Source: Pyrolobus fumarii 1A (GTDB lineage: Archaea > Thermoproteota > Thermoprotei_A > Sulfolobales > Pyrodictiaceae). From it: DNA of 32,000 nucleotides. A program made the translations under genes and the position numbers. Numbering within the stretch: position 1 is the stretch's first letter; each line of letters opens with the position of its first letter. Of the stretch, positions 16,138-25,116 are shown one piece after another. Below the pieces are notes generated by a model, which worked only from the letters and a program-made list of their open reading frames with translations, searched no databases and was not told where the DNA came from. The DNA is taken from assembly GCF_000223395.1 (NCBI RefSeq), contig NC_015931.1, positions 1,140,001-1,172,000 of the forward strand, in the 5' to 3' direction.

Positions 16138-16705
16138 GCTAACCCCCTAAAACGCGATCCACCAGCCCTCCACAAGCTACGATACAAACACCACACGACG
16201 TGTATCGGCCGTGCTACACACCACTAGCGACATTCCTAGCGGTTTTATCCCCTCCCGTGGATGCACATCTTTCAAGCGTAACAAGCACCTATCCTAGCTT
16301 GCAACGATAGACGATTTGGGATTTTTACGTAGTAAAAATGTAGTCAGCTACACCTCAACATTTTGACATTGACCATCGTTGCTCAATCAGCAGCTTGCCA
16401 GTTAGACTACCATCACACATCAGCGCATTTCTCGCGATGCGCTTGTTATCACTGGTTATCTACAACTCAATAATCAGATCATTCAGAGCGTTAATATAAC
16501 ATGGGAACATCAACTACATAAAAGCCAAGCGCCGTGCCTCTACACAGCTTGTGAATTTCGGCAAAGAAAAATTTCGCAATTTACATTGACGCGCTCCACA
16601 CGACGAAAACACGCCACTACCGATGCAAGTCCAAATCATTATGCTCAAAACTACCATCATTAAGGGAAATGCAAGACATTTAGGAGCCGGGGTTAGTTTT
16701 GCCTT

Positions 16706-17044
16706 CTAGTTACATCTACTACACTCAAGGCGCTTAGCTGTTCTGTATCTTCTTAGGCTCTCGGGCCCAACTATATGGAAGTCTATCGGCAGGTAGAGCG
16801 GTATGCCTGCCTCCTCTAACGCCTCCAGTATCTTCTCACGTATCTGAACCGCCTCCTCGAAACTAGGCTCGTGATCCAATACTACCACGATATCAACATC
16901 GCTCATCGCCGTTAACCGGTTTTCAGCTGCACCACCCACAAGGTAGAACTCAGCCTGAAAACCCAGGTTTTCAAGCACGCATATAATCTCACAAAGCCTA
17001 TCTAGAGCCTCACGCAGCAATCGAAGCCTAGTGAACCTCACCAA
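16706..17044 (-). CDS. Minimal nucleotidyltransferase (MNT), pair B.
   Basis: EFYLVGGAAENRLTAMSDVDIVVVLD. It overlaps the upstream HEPN gene by 17 nt. Confidence 0.8.
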   Translation of the reverse strand: MVRFTRLRLLREALDRLCEIICVLENLGFQAEFYLVGGAAENRLTAMSDVDIVVVLDHEPSFEEAVQIREKILEALEEAGIPLYLPIDFHIVGPESLRRYRTAKRLECSRCN

Positions 17045-17465
17045 ACACCTCCCTCTCTATGCGGGATAAGAGTTTAATCATATCGCGAGCTATATGTAGC
17101 AGTCTCTCCGCCTGACTTCTGCTATACTCGAAGACTCCATAGACGGCTCTGGTGTGTCCCTCTTCAAGCTCAGCTAGCAGTCTCCTGTTACTGGCTACGA
17201 ATCTCCTCACCTCGTCCGCCAGTGTCTCGAAATTCTCGCCCTCCAGGGTCTCGACTAGCAAGGCTAGGAGAGCACGTATGTTATGTCCTCGATGCTCTTC
17301 ACCAGTCAGCCTATAGAGCAGCGACTTCAGGTAGAGCTGGGCAGCGTACTCAGCGTGTAAAACCGTGAGGTCATACTTGTTCTCGCGGAGTAGTCTCTCG
17401 GCTAGCTCTAGCATGGTGAGCGCTCTCTTTTTCAACAGCCTCGGATACTCCCCGCTCAAGCCCAA
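17028..17465 (-). CDS. HEPN-domain protein, pair B.
   Basis: LLKKRALTMLELAERLLRENKYDLTVLHAEYAAQLYLKSLLYRLTGEE..GHNIRALLALL... It has the same layout as the other HEPN genes in the window and sits directly upstream of an MNT gene. Confidence 0.75.
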   Translation of the reverse strand: MGLSGEYPRLLKKRALTMLELAERLLRENKYDLTVLHAEYAAQLYLKSLLYRLTGEEHRGHNIRALLALLVETLEGENFETLADEVRRFVASNRRLLAELEEGHTRAVYGVFEYSRSQAERLLHIARDMIKLLSRIEREVFGEVH

Positions 17466-17671
17466 AACCCAGCATTATAGCTGTATGGTGAGACTATGTA
17501 TGAGATCGGCCAAAAACACCCTCGATATAAGCTGTTCCACAGTGGCGTGACCCACGTCTGTACAGCGGGCGACGTGCATCTAGAACAAGTGTGCAGAACG
17601 AAAATAATAGCATTTCCCCGCCGAGCAAGGGCTACAGCAAGTTTTCACGGTTCTCACAGCCTCTGACCGCC

Positions 17672-18236
17672 TCACCTACCTAGTAGCCTCACGGTCGCGT
17701 ATAATAGGGCGATTGCAAGCAGGGCTAGTACATTAGCTAGTATATCGCGGGCTGCGCCCGGGTTAGGCTCGATGTAACGATGGTAGAAGTGGTGGAATAG
17801 TTCTCCTAGCCTCCATGAAAAGCTCGTGCAGTAGGATGAGGTTACGCCTAGCATCGCGCAACAGGAGTGTTAGGATTAGGAGTGTGTTTGTATGTAGTTT
17901 TGCGTACCGCGTGTAAGGCCTATGTGGCGGTACCTGCACTACATGCACATTGTCAAGTGCGTTGAGGAATAGTGCGATCTGCTCAGCCGGGGAGAGGCTC
18001 GTTTCTAGAGCCTTGGTGGCTAAAGCATAGGCATGAATCGTATCATAGACGATATTGCTGTCATTCACCCGCGGGGCCCACACCCTCCACGCGTTATACT
18101 CTAAGCTCTGGATGACTCTCTCAACAGGAATGTCAAGCTTCGCGGTCTTAGCCTGCAACTCGAATAGCGATATGAGACTCACTTCGATACTGCTGAGTTC
18201 GATGCTAGCCTTACCCTCGGCGATAGTCCTCAACAA
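17672..18236 (-). pseudogene. Hypothetical gene in two overlapping frames (possible frameshift) with a C-terminal TM anchor.
   Basis: ORF 17763..18236 (157 aa) ends in an implausible tail (...ARRTIPPLLPSLHRA). The overlapping frame 17672..17854 reads ...ELFHHFYHRYIEPNPGAARDILANVLALLAIALLYATVRLLGR, with a clean TM helix at the end. I recognise no family. Confidence 0.35.
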
Positions 18237-18309
18237 GTACCTGGCTGCTGGGATGCACGTAGAGGTTTAAGGGATAGCCATTGGCGTAGTCTCTGTTAGC
18301 TGAGTATGG

Positions 18310-20028
18310 TTGGGGCGAGTGGGTTTGGCGGTTAGGCTGTCAACGCTTATCGGCATGCTTCTCGTGATGTACTTGTTGTCGCTGGTTACTGGGGGTTTCG
18401 TGTTACTCGCTAATGCTGTTGTCGTCCGTGCGGTCTCCGAGCCTTACATTCCGCTAGCACTCCGCCTGGCTCTACTCGCGCTAGTCTCTGCCTGGGGTTT
18501 GCCACCCCTCGTCCGTGTGTTGCGCGTACGGCGGATGAGGTGGCACGAGTCGTTGGTCACGGGTGTCATTACGGCCTTGTATGCCGCTGCTCTCGTAGCC
18601 GCGTTCGCCTATGATGCTGTGCTGGGCCTTGTGACTGGCGCTACGCTCCTCGCGAGGGTGTCTCTCGTCGCCCAGAGGGGGGATAGGCGTAGGGCGGCGC
18701 TGGAGGCGGGCCTGTTCACGCTGCTCGCCGTAACCCTCATACTCGTGAAGCTCTATGTGCCCGTGGCGTCTGCGAGACTCCTGGAGGAGGTTAGGCTCGG
18801 GGAGCCCATCGACGTCAATGGGCTCTATCGTTTCATACCCCTGATGACAGCCTACGTCTACGCTCTCGACCGGATACAGTTGCCCACCCACACGGTGTAC
18901 GCGGAGGACAGCTACGTCTACTACATCGGCAACCATAGCGTCTACAACTGGATTATAGAGCCCGAGGGCTTCTGGAACCAGTTGACCCGGTCGCCGCGCG
19001 GCATCATCCTCGTCTATGGCGACTCGTATCCCCCGCGCGTCGAGATAGTCGAGAGGAGGCTGGAGTGGGGTCTCCGTAATGCACGGTTCAACGGCCTCTA
19101 TATCGACACGCTGATACGCCGCGTCGTGCTCGCGGCAGGGCTGGCTCTCAGGCCCATACCCGAGAATAACATGGAGGTGTATCTCGACGGCAGGGTGTAC
19201 ATCCTTATACCGCTCGAGTCGTGGATAAGAGGCCCGCTCGAGACCATACCCGTGCTGGCGGGCTACGCGGTGGTCAACGAGAAGGGTAGCATCGAGGTTC
19301 TCTCCCCGGAGGAGGTTGCAGAGCGCTTCCCGTTCATACCGCTCCTGCCCGAGGCGATAGCAAGAGCGTGGGTCGAAACCCTACGCTACAAGCCAGGCTT
19401 CCTACAGGTATACCTCTACCACAACACGTTCGAAGTGCGCGATGTGGGTACCAATCCCCAGCCCTACCTGACGCTCGACACCCGCGGCAGGCAATGGTGG
19501 GTTTTCGTGGCCGAGCCACCAGGCCGAACATACAGCGCCAAGTACATAATCTACGTGGCGGCTAACGAGACGAGCCCGAGGATACGCGTCTATGAGCTAC
19601 CGAAGCCCGTCGTAGGCGTTAGCATGGTAGAGAGCTACGTTAAGCAGGCGCACCCGGTTTTCGACTGGGAGCAGCTCAGCATAGAGGAGCCTATACCAGC
19701 TGTCATCGGGGGCAGGGTATACTGGAAGGTCACGGTAACCACGCGGGACTACCGCGGCCTCGTCTCGGTGGACATCGTAGACGCTGAGACCACGAGAGTA
19801 TACAGCCTACAACCAAGGCACCACATAGCCTACCTCGACGCCCTCAAACTCATAATGGGTGAGCTAGGCGCAAAGCAACCGACCGAGAAGAGCAGTAAGG
19901 ACATACTTGATAGGATAGGAGAGCTAGAGGAGAAGATCAAGAGGGTGAGGGAGGAGCTAGACAAGATACTAGAGGAGCTAGAGGAGATCAAGGAGACGCT
20001 GCTAAACGAGACGCTAGGTCAACGCTAG
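18310..20028 (+). CDS. Large polytopic membrane protein with an extracytoplasmic domain and a C-terminal coiled coil (hypothetical).
   Basis: About 150 aa of hydrophobic helices (LIGMLLVMYLLSLVTGGFVLLANAVV, LALLALVSAWGL, VITALYAAALVAAFAY, LFTLLAVTLILVKLYV) precede a ~370-aa W/Y-rich domain. The protein ends with ILDRIGELEEKIKRVREELDKILEELEEIKETLLNE. Confidence 0.65.
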   Translation: MGRVGLAVRLSTLIGMLLVMYLLSLVTGGFVLLANAVVVRAVSEPYIPLALRLALLALVSAWGLPPLVRVLRVRRMRWHESLVTGVITALYAAALVAAFAYDAVLGLVTGATLLARVSLVAQRGDRRRAALEAGLFTLLAVTLILVKLYVPVASARLLEEVRLGEPIDVNGLYRFIPLMTAYVYALDRIQLPTHTVYAEDSYVYYIGNHSVYNWIIEPEGFWNQLTRSPRGIILVYGDSYPPRVEIVERRLEWGLRNARFNGLYIDTLIRRVVLAAGLALRPIPENNMEVYLDGRVYILIPLESWIRGPLETIPVLAGYAVVNEKGSIEVLSPEEVAERFPFIPLLPEAIARAWVETLRYKPGFLQVYLYHNTFEVRDVGTNPQPYLTLDTRGRQWWVFVAEPPGRTYSAKYIIYVAANETSPRIRVYELPKPVVGVSMVESYVKQAHPVFDWEQLSIEEPIPAVIGGRVYWKVTVTTRDYRGLVSVDIVDAETTRVYSLQPRHHIAYLDALKLIMGELGAKQPTEKSSKDILDRIGELEEKIKRVREELDKILEELEEIKETLLNETLGQR

Positions 20029-20349
20029 ACGAGCAGTCTAAGCCGGGTAGCGCACCGGGCACACCAACTAGGACTATACCTGTACCGAGGGCTATGCATA
20101 CTCGTCACCCCGAGGCACACAAGGCGCCAGGTGGCGAAGTCAACACCTCCCCCACGGTTATCCTGACTCTCGGGGACGGTAGGCGCGTTACTCTGGTTGC
20201 TACGGCACCGCGCGCTGGACGCGAGAGAAGCTACTCACGTACGTGTCACTCGCTCGTGCTAAGAGCGCGCTAAAAACCCACATATACACGATGGGCATTT
20301 TGAAATACCAGAGTTATGGTATAAGCCCGGTGGTATAGGGTGCAGGTCT

Positions 20350-21102
20350 ATGACCCATACTGATAGCCTACCTGGCTTGCATGATAGTGGGGTGGGGCAT
20401 GGTCTCCTGGCGGATGGTTTAGAGGAGTTGAGGAGAGCTGCGTTTCTGCTCGTGATATCCACGTTGCTCGGGATTGTGGGGTTGATCGGCATCCGGGATC
20501 TCATCGTCAAGTTATACTTTGACCTCTTGGACTGGTATCGTAGCAACCTATGGCCCGCCTGGGACGGGAAGCACGTCGAGGTGGACATAGGTGTTGACGT
20601 CTTTGTCTTTCTTGCCTTGCTTCTTGCCGCTAAGGTCACGGGCTTCATGGCTGTCTGGAGGCATTTGACTCGTTCTATAGCTCTCCTCGCTGGCTTTGAG
20701 CCCGTGGCGCTCCACACGCCGGAGATGCTTGTGAGGCTCGGCTACCGCTATGGTGTCGCTCTCGACCTGGTAGCATCGCTGATTGTGGTTGCTGGTCTCG
20801 TCTCTTGGCTAGTCTGGTCGAACCTGGAGACTCTCCTAGCTCTACTCTCTGTAACCATCTCGCTACAAGTGTTGAGCAACGTACTCGTACTAGCGGGGTA
20901 TATTGGCGTCGTCATGGCTTGTTATAGGCTCGGCGGCATCCTAGGAGAGACAAGGTTCACAGTGGCAGCCGTACTCTTCGCGGTTGCGATACTCTTGTCG
21001 CTGGTGGGTCTCGGTGGCATCTTCGACCTTGCAGCGTGGCTGATGGTGTACACGGCAAGCGCGTCAGCCCTCAGCCGGCTAGATGCCATGCAGGCACGTT
21101 AG
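20350..21102 (+). CDS. Polytopic membrane protein (hypothetical).
   Basis: ATG at 20350 lies ~25-35 nt downstream of a TATA-like ttatggtataag. There are six or more hydrophobic segments, for example AFLLVISTLLGIVGLIGI, VDVFVFLALLLAAKVTGFMAV and VAAVLFAVAILLSLVGLGGIF. Confidence 0.65.
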   Translation: MTHTDSLPGLHDSGVGHGLLADGLEELRRAAFLLVISTLLGIVGLIGIRDLIVKLYFDLLDWYRSNLWPAWDGKHVEVDIGVDVFVFLALLLAAKVTGFMAVWRHLTRSIALLAGFEPVALHTPEMLVRLGYRYGVALDLVASLIVVAGLVSWLVWSNLETLLALLSVTISLQVLSNVLVLAGYIGVVMACYRLGGILGETRFTVAAVLFAVAILLSLVGLGGIFDLAAWLMVYTASASALSRLDAMQAR

Positions 21103-21174
21103 CGCCTCGTACCCAACTACACGTCGTGCAACAGCTGTCATCTTTCGCGTTCATCGACATACGGCACGGCTGGT

Positions 21175-21624
21175 ATGGAGTTGAGCCGGGTTGTAGCCGG
21201 ATATACTCGCGTCGAGCATCGTATCTGGGGTCTGAGCGTGGTTAGAGTGCCTAGCGAGTGGCTCGAGAAAGCCAAGTTCTTCTACGAGCGTGCACGGAGC
21301 GACCTCGAGCAGGGCGTCTACTGGGCTGCTTGCTTTGAGGCCCACCAGTCCGTGGAGCTTATCCTCAAGGGGCTACAAGTGGCTATCATCGGCGTCCACG
21401 AGTTTACTCATGATCTTGTGCGTTTGCTGCGCGGGTTGCAGGAGGCGGGACTAGAGGTACCAGAGGAGCTTATCGTATACGCGGATGCGCTCACCCCTCA
21501 TTATACCATGGCGCGGTATCCGGGTAGGAAACCCGTGGTTTACGACGAGGATGCGGGGAGGAGGTGCGTAGAGTATGCGAGGAGGCTGTGGGAGTGGGCG
21601 GAAAGCGTGGCCAAAGATCCTTAA
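21175..21624 (+). CDS. HEPN-domain protein, pair C.
   Basis: EWLEKAKFFYERARSDLEQGVYWAACFEAHQSVELILKGLQ...FTHDLVRLLRGL...YTMARYPG. The real start is probably an internal GTG near 21238-21247. Confidence 0.85.
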   Translation: MELSRVVAGYTRVEHRIWGLSVVRVPSEWLEKAKFFYERARSDLEQGVYWAACFEAHQSVELILKGLQVAIIGVHEFTHDLVRLLRGLQEAGLEVPEELIVYADALTPHYTMARYPGRKPVVYDEDAGRRCVEYARRLWEWAESVAKDP

Positions 21625-21991
21625 GAGTATAAAGCCGAGCGACGAGGACCTCATGTTGTTCGTCGAGAGGGTTAGGGAGCGACACCCCCGCTCGGCGATA
21701 CTACTCTTCGGTTCGAGGGCGAGAGGCGACAACCTACCATACAGCGATTATGACGTGGCGGTGATACTGGAGCGTGTAGAGGATAGGCTCCGAGAGGCTG
21801 AGGAGCTCGCGAAGCTCAAGCCGAGCAGGCTCCCACTAGACCTTGTGGTGCTGGAGCTTGATGATCTCAGGGACCCGCTCATCGCGAAGATGTTGACGCC
21901 ATGCAAGGTGCTCTACGATGGTCTTGGGCTGGGCGAGTTACCATGCACCGAGACTGTGAGCAGCGAGAAAAAGGATACCCGGACGAAGTAA
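21575..21991 (+). CDS. Minimal nucleotidyltransferase (MNT), pair C.
   Basis: SAILLFGSRARGDNLPYSDYDVAVIL. It overlaps or abuts the HEPN 3' end. The start is either ATG 21575 or the ATG of ...DLMLFVERV. Confidence 0.85.
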   Translation: MRGGCGSGRKAWPKILKSIKPSDEDLMLFVERVRERHPRSAILLFGSRARGDNLPYSDYDVAVILERVEDRLREAEELAKLKPSRLPLDLVVLELDDLRDPLIAKMLTPCKVLYDGLGLGELPCTETVSSEKKDTRTK

Positions 21992-22588
21992 TACCATCAC
22001 CACACCGCCGAATACTTGTATGTCGGGAACGTGTTGATCAAGCGGAAACAAGGCAGCATAAGGAAGTAGTAGCGTATGAGGTGTCAACACGCTAAGCTGG
22101 TATAGCACTATCCTCTTCTCTTCCAGCTACCCGCCAGAGGATATATTTTTCATTCTGTCGGTGAAGCTTGTTGGCTGGCTGCCACCTCCCCCCTCCCGAT
22201 CGAACATATTACGTACGAGGAATATTCCCCAGGCAAGAGAGGATCCTACTACCGGTATGATAGTAACGGAATTTGACAGAAACTCTGACTACGATAGGAC
22301 GGAAGGTTTACACGGTGACCATGCTGTTTCACTGTATATACACGTAGTGGATAACAGCAACATGTGAGGTCATATACACCCTTCCTCCCCCGGAGGACAC
22401 AACGACGCGGGCTTAGCATTAGAGTTTTGTAACGGAGAGACGCTAGAGAATACACATTACCGGTTTTGCTCACGACATGAACGCCCACAGTCTCCTCATC
22501 CTACTGCAATGCCGTACATTGCCTTAGGATCCACGCCCTGATCTCTTTGGGACTGTTAGCTCCTGTCTACCGACGGTGTAAAATGGTG

Positions 22589-23134
22589 TTACGTCGAGTG
22601 CCTTTGTTTCATCTTAGCCTTCTTTATTCTCAGTGTGATGCGTGCATAGCGGCTTAGGTCCCATGTGCCATACTTGTTGTGCAGTATGTGTCTCTCCTTG
22701 GACATCTCCTGGAGGAACTTGAGTATCTTGTCCTCTATGTTCGTCCTGTCTAGTAGCACTTCGTAGCCTAGTGCAAGCCCCGCTAGAAAGCTTCCGGGGG
22801 TCAGATTCTGCATGAAGCTATTCAGGTCCATGACGTGGATGTCGAACGCAAGGTCCCCAACGGCTTTACGCAGTCTTTTCGCGATCTCCAGCTCGAGCCT
22901 TAACTTCTCCCTTACCTCAACCTCCCCGTCGACCACCACGAGTATATCTATGTCTCTTCCTCGACCCATGTACACGGTGCTCCCGAACAAAACAATCCCT
23001 ACGACGCCCTCTCCCAGCACGTCCTCCACAACGCGCACAATCCTCTCATACAATTCCTCTTTCCCGGAGATAACTCTCTGCAATCCTGAGTACCCTCTCG
23101 GCTCTACCAATAGCCTCTCTAGCCGTGTCAGCAT
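22589..23134 (-). CDS. Nucleotidyltransferase (MNT-type with a C-terminal extension), pair D.
   Basis: GIVLFGSTVYMGRGRDIDILVVVD, followed by a ~100-aa helical extension. It overlaps the upstream HEPN gene. Confidence 0.8.
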   Translation of the reverse strand: MLTRLERLLVEPRGYSGLQRVISGKEELYERIVRVVEDVLGEGVVGIVLFGSTVYMGRGRDIDILVVVDGEVEVREKLRLELEIAKRLRKAVGDLAFDIHVMDLNSFMQNLTPGSFLAGLALGYEVLLDRTNIEDKILKFLQEMSKERHILHNKYGTWDLSRYARITLRIKKAKMKQRHST

Positions 23135-23549
23135 CTATAAACTCGTCCGGCGACACGACCCTGCCTCGAAGAAGAAACGGGTACCTACTCCTCGTGTAGT
23201 ACTCGGTGAACCATCCTATAGAGTCGACAACCTCCTCGAACTCCGGTCTCCACTCGTTCTCGAAAACCCTCACGAATATCGAGGCAAGCCTTGGCCCATG
23301 GTTATACACGTACTCTCTCTTAGCCTCTATCATAGCCTTGACAGCTTTCTCTGCACACTGTTGTGCGTGGAAAACAGCCTCCGGATAATCACCCTCACGA
23401 AACGCTCTACGAGCACGTTCAAGGTCCTTCACGGCCTCCCTGAAAAACATACGGGCAAACTCCTCGTAGAAACCCATGTGCGGAACCCCACAAGCTCCAT
23501 CAGTACACTGAAACACAAGTAGGCTGCGCAAAACACCAGCAACAACCAT
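23046..23549 (-). CDS. HEPN-domain protein, pair D.
   Basis: FFREAVKDLERARRAFREGDYPEAVFHAQQCAEKAVKAMI...YNHGPRLASIF...YYTRSRYP. The likely start is the ATG of MGFYEEFARMF. Confidence 0.8.
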   Translation of the reverse strand: MVVAGVLRSLLVFQCTDGACGVPHMGFYEEFARMFFREAVKDLERARRAFREGDYPEAVFHAQQCAEKAVKAMIEAKREYVYNHGPRLASIFVRVFENEWRPEFEEVVDSIGWFTEYYTRSRYPFLLRGRVVSPDEFIDADTAREAIGRAERVLRIAESYLRERGIV

Positions 23550-23737
23550 CCTGGGTCAAACCCAGCAAGAAAAGAATAGCACAAGATAGTTAGACGGCGT
23601 GTGAGCCGAGAATGTGCTTATCGAGGTTATCGACTCTGAGTCAACATATAGATCGAGTCCCAGTTTTTACACATTAGTAGCTTCCCGGCAGCCACCATAC
23701 AGACTATATCATCTCTGTCGCTATAGCAGCTTGGTTA

Positions 23738-24475
23738 TCAAGTAGGCGTCACGCACGAGACGCTGATAGAGGACAGTATTTGCCTCAGCACCTCTCTGAG
23801 TGTGTTCCTCCTGAAGCCCTGTCTACCGCCACTCCGGACGATATACTCTTCCACCGCTTTTACAAAGCTCTCCGTGCATCCTCTACAGTTCCTCAGCACA
23901 ATATCAGAGACCGTCAAACTGTTTGTCAGGCTGTTGACAATGTACGACAGTGCTAGCAGCTCTTTGAGCGTTTTTCTCAACTCGTTGCCCAGAACGAGGT
24001 ACTCGTTAACTGTTTTGGGTTCAACCGTGTTGACGAGCCCGGCCAGCCGCTTTAGCCTATCTCGGAGCAACTTCTTAGCCTCAGCGGCTACACTGCCGAC
24101 TATCCTTGCACATAGCTTCAGATGCTCATCTTGAATCCCCGACCAGTCATTCACCCCATCCACGTTAGCTTCTAGTGCATATCCGATCTCCCAATAGATG
24201 GGCGGTAGATTCGCCCACCTGCCCTCGACCACATCTATTGCGATTCTCTTCAACTCCCTGTAATGCGCTCTGTAGAATTCCTCCAGCTCCCTCGCTGAGG
24301 GCCTTACCAGGCCTATCGTCTTGCGCCATACAACTACGTACGGTATCGTCGGCTTAGAGTTAAGGCCGATGGCAACCCCATTCTCATCAACAGAGTATAC
24401 GTGGATCTCTAGCCTTCTCCCTCCCCACCCATGCTTAACGTACCTCCCTACAAGGTCTCTCACATCGAATGGCAC
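23738..24475 (-). CDS. Hypothetical 245-aa protein downstream of an atypical nucleotidyltransferase.
   Basis: Clean 245-aa ORF, 36 nt downstream of 24512..25024 on the same strand. It has lower GC than neighbouring genes, and I recognise no motif. Confidence 0.55.
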   Translation of the reverse strand: MPFDVRDLVGRYVKHGWGGRRLEIHVYSVDENGVAIGLNSKPTIPYVVVWRKTIGLVRPSARELEEFYRAHYRELKRIAIDVVEGRWANLPPIYWEIGYALEANVDGVNDWSGIQDEHLKLCARIVGSVAAEAKKLLRDRLKRLAGLVNTVEPKTVNEYLVLGNELRKTLKELLALSYIVNSLTNSLTVSDIVLRNCRGCTESFVKAVEEYIVRSGGRQGFRRNTLREVLRQILSSISVSCVTPT

Positions 24476-24511
24476 TAAATGTACGATTGAGGCGATTGCG
24501 TGTCTAAAATC

Positions 24512-25024
24512 CTAGACCCGAAGCCACCTGAACCACTCACGTATCCACCAGTCCTTGAACCCAAGTTCCCGGAGGCGGTCGTAATACTCGCTTATAATAG
24601 CGTCTATAGTTGCTCTTCCTCTGCGAGAAGAAACCTCAGTTATAATAAGCCACAGTTCCCCAAGCTTCTCGTGAAGCAAGCGCTTGAAGGACTTCCACTC
24701 GGCAACGTACTCTCTCTTAACAGAGCAGCCTAGAACCACATCAATATCTCCAACATCCTCAGCGAGCAGTGCAGAGCCGCCTAGCCCCACAAGCTCGATT
24801 GCCACCGGGAACCTGCCTGAATTGAAAGACTCAACTCTCTTCACTACATGCCTCAACGCTCTAAAGACGATCTTGCTCCGCACGATGTTCCTCAATGTAT
24901 CTTCCGGGTTGGATACAGACATAGCTAGCCTAACCCCAGGCTCGATAGGTAACACATGTATCTCGCCAAATGGATTAGAGCTTCGAAAACGGTTATACTC
25001 ACACATAATGAGTTCGATAAGCAC
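24512..25024 (-). CDS. Atypical Pol-beta-fold nucleotidyltransferase-domain protein.
   Basis: VAIELVGLGGSALLAEDVGDIDVVLGCSV fits hG[GS]x9-13DhDh. A ~75-aa N-terminal extension and a W-rich C-terminus (FKDWWIREWFRWLRV) are unlike the four MNTs in this window. Confidence 0.55.
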   Translation of the reverse strand: MLIELIMCEYNRFRSSNPFGEIHVLPIEPGVRLAMSVSNPEDTLRNIVRSKIVFRALRHVVKRVESFNSGRFPVAIELVGLGGSALLAEDVGDIDVVLGCSVKREYVAEWKSFKRLLHEKLGELWLIITEVSSRRGRATIDAIISEYYDRLRELGFKDWWIREWFRWLRV

Positions 25025-25116
25025 TCCTCGCGCCTCAGCTTCTGCAGAGGTTAGCCAGGCTTGCCGTGATACAACGGCGTTCTAGCCCTAGAGCTTTGCG
25101 AGCCTCGAAGATGTTT

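Noticed and set aside
16151-16705. The AT-rich gap as a replication origin.
   Set aside because: I saw no repeated ORB/mini-ORB-like elements; only one loose CTCCACAcGAcGAAAAC resemblance is present. There is no adjacent orc1/cdc6 or whiP gene. The flanking genes are TA and PaREP1 genes.
18481-18936. A 151-aa minus-strand ORF inside the 572-aa membrane protein gene. Similar antisense ORFs are at 2226..2546, 11445..11729, 11455..11733, 12925..13182, 14736..14999, 15043..15426, 19334..19565, 20259..20717, 22812..23522, 23802..24134, 24684..25085, 25929..26534, 26765..27211, 27837..28310, 28322..28702, 29020..29533, 30664..31053, 31264..31620 and 31799..31999.
   Set aside because: Each lies opposite a longer ORF with recognisable motifs or a clean TM/domain architecture. 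Each also has a biased R/S/P/C-rich composition characteristic of shadow frames.
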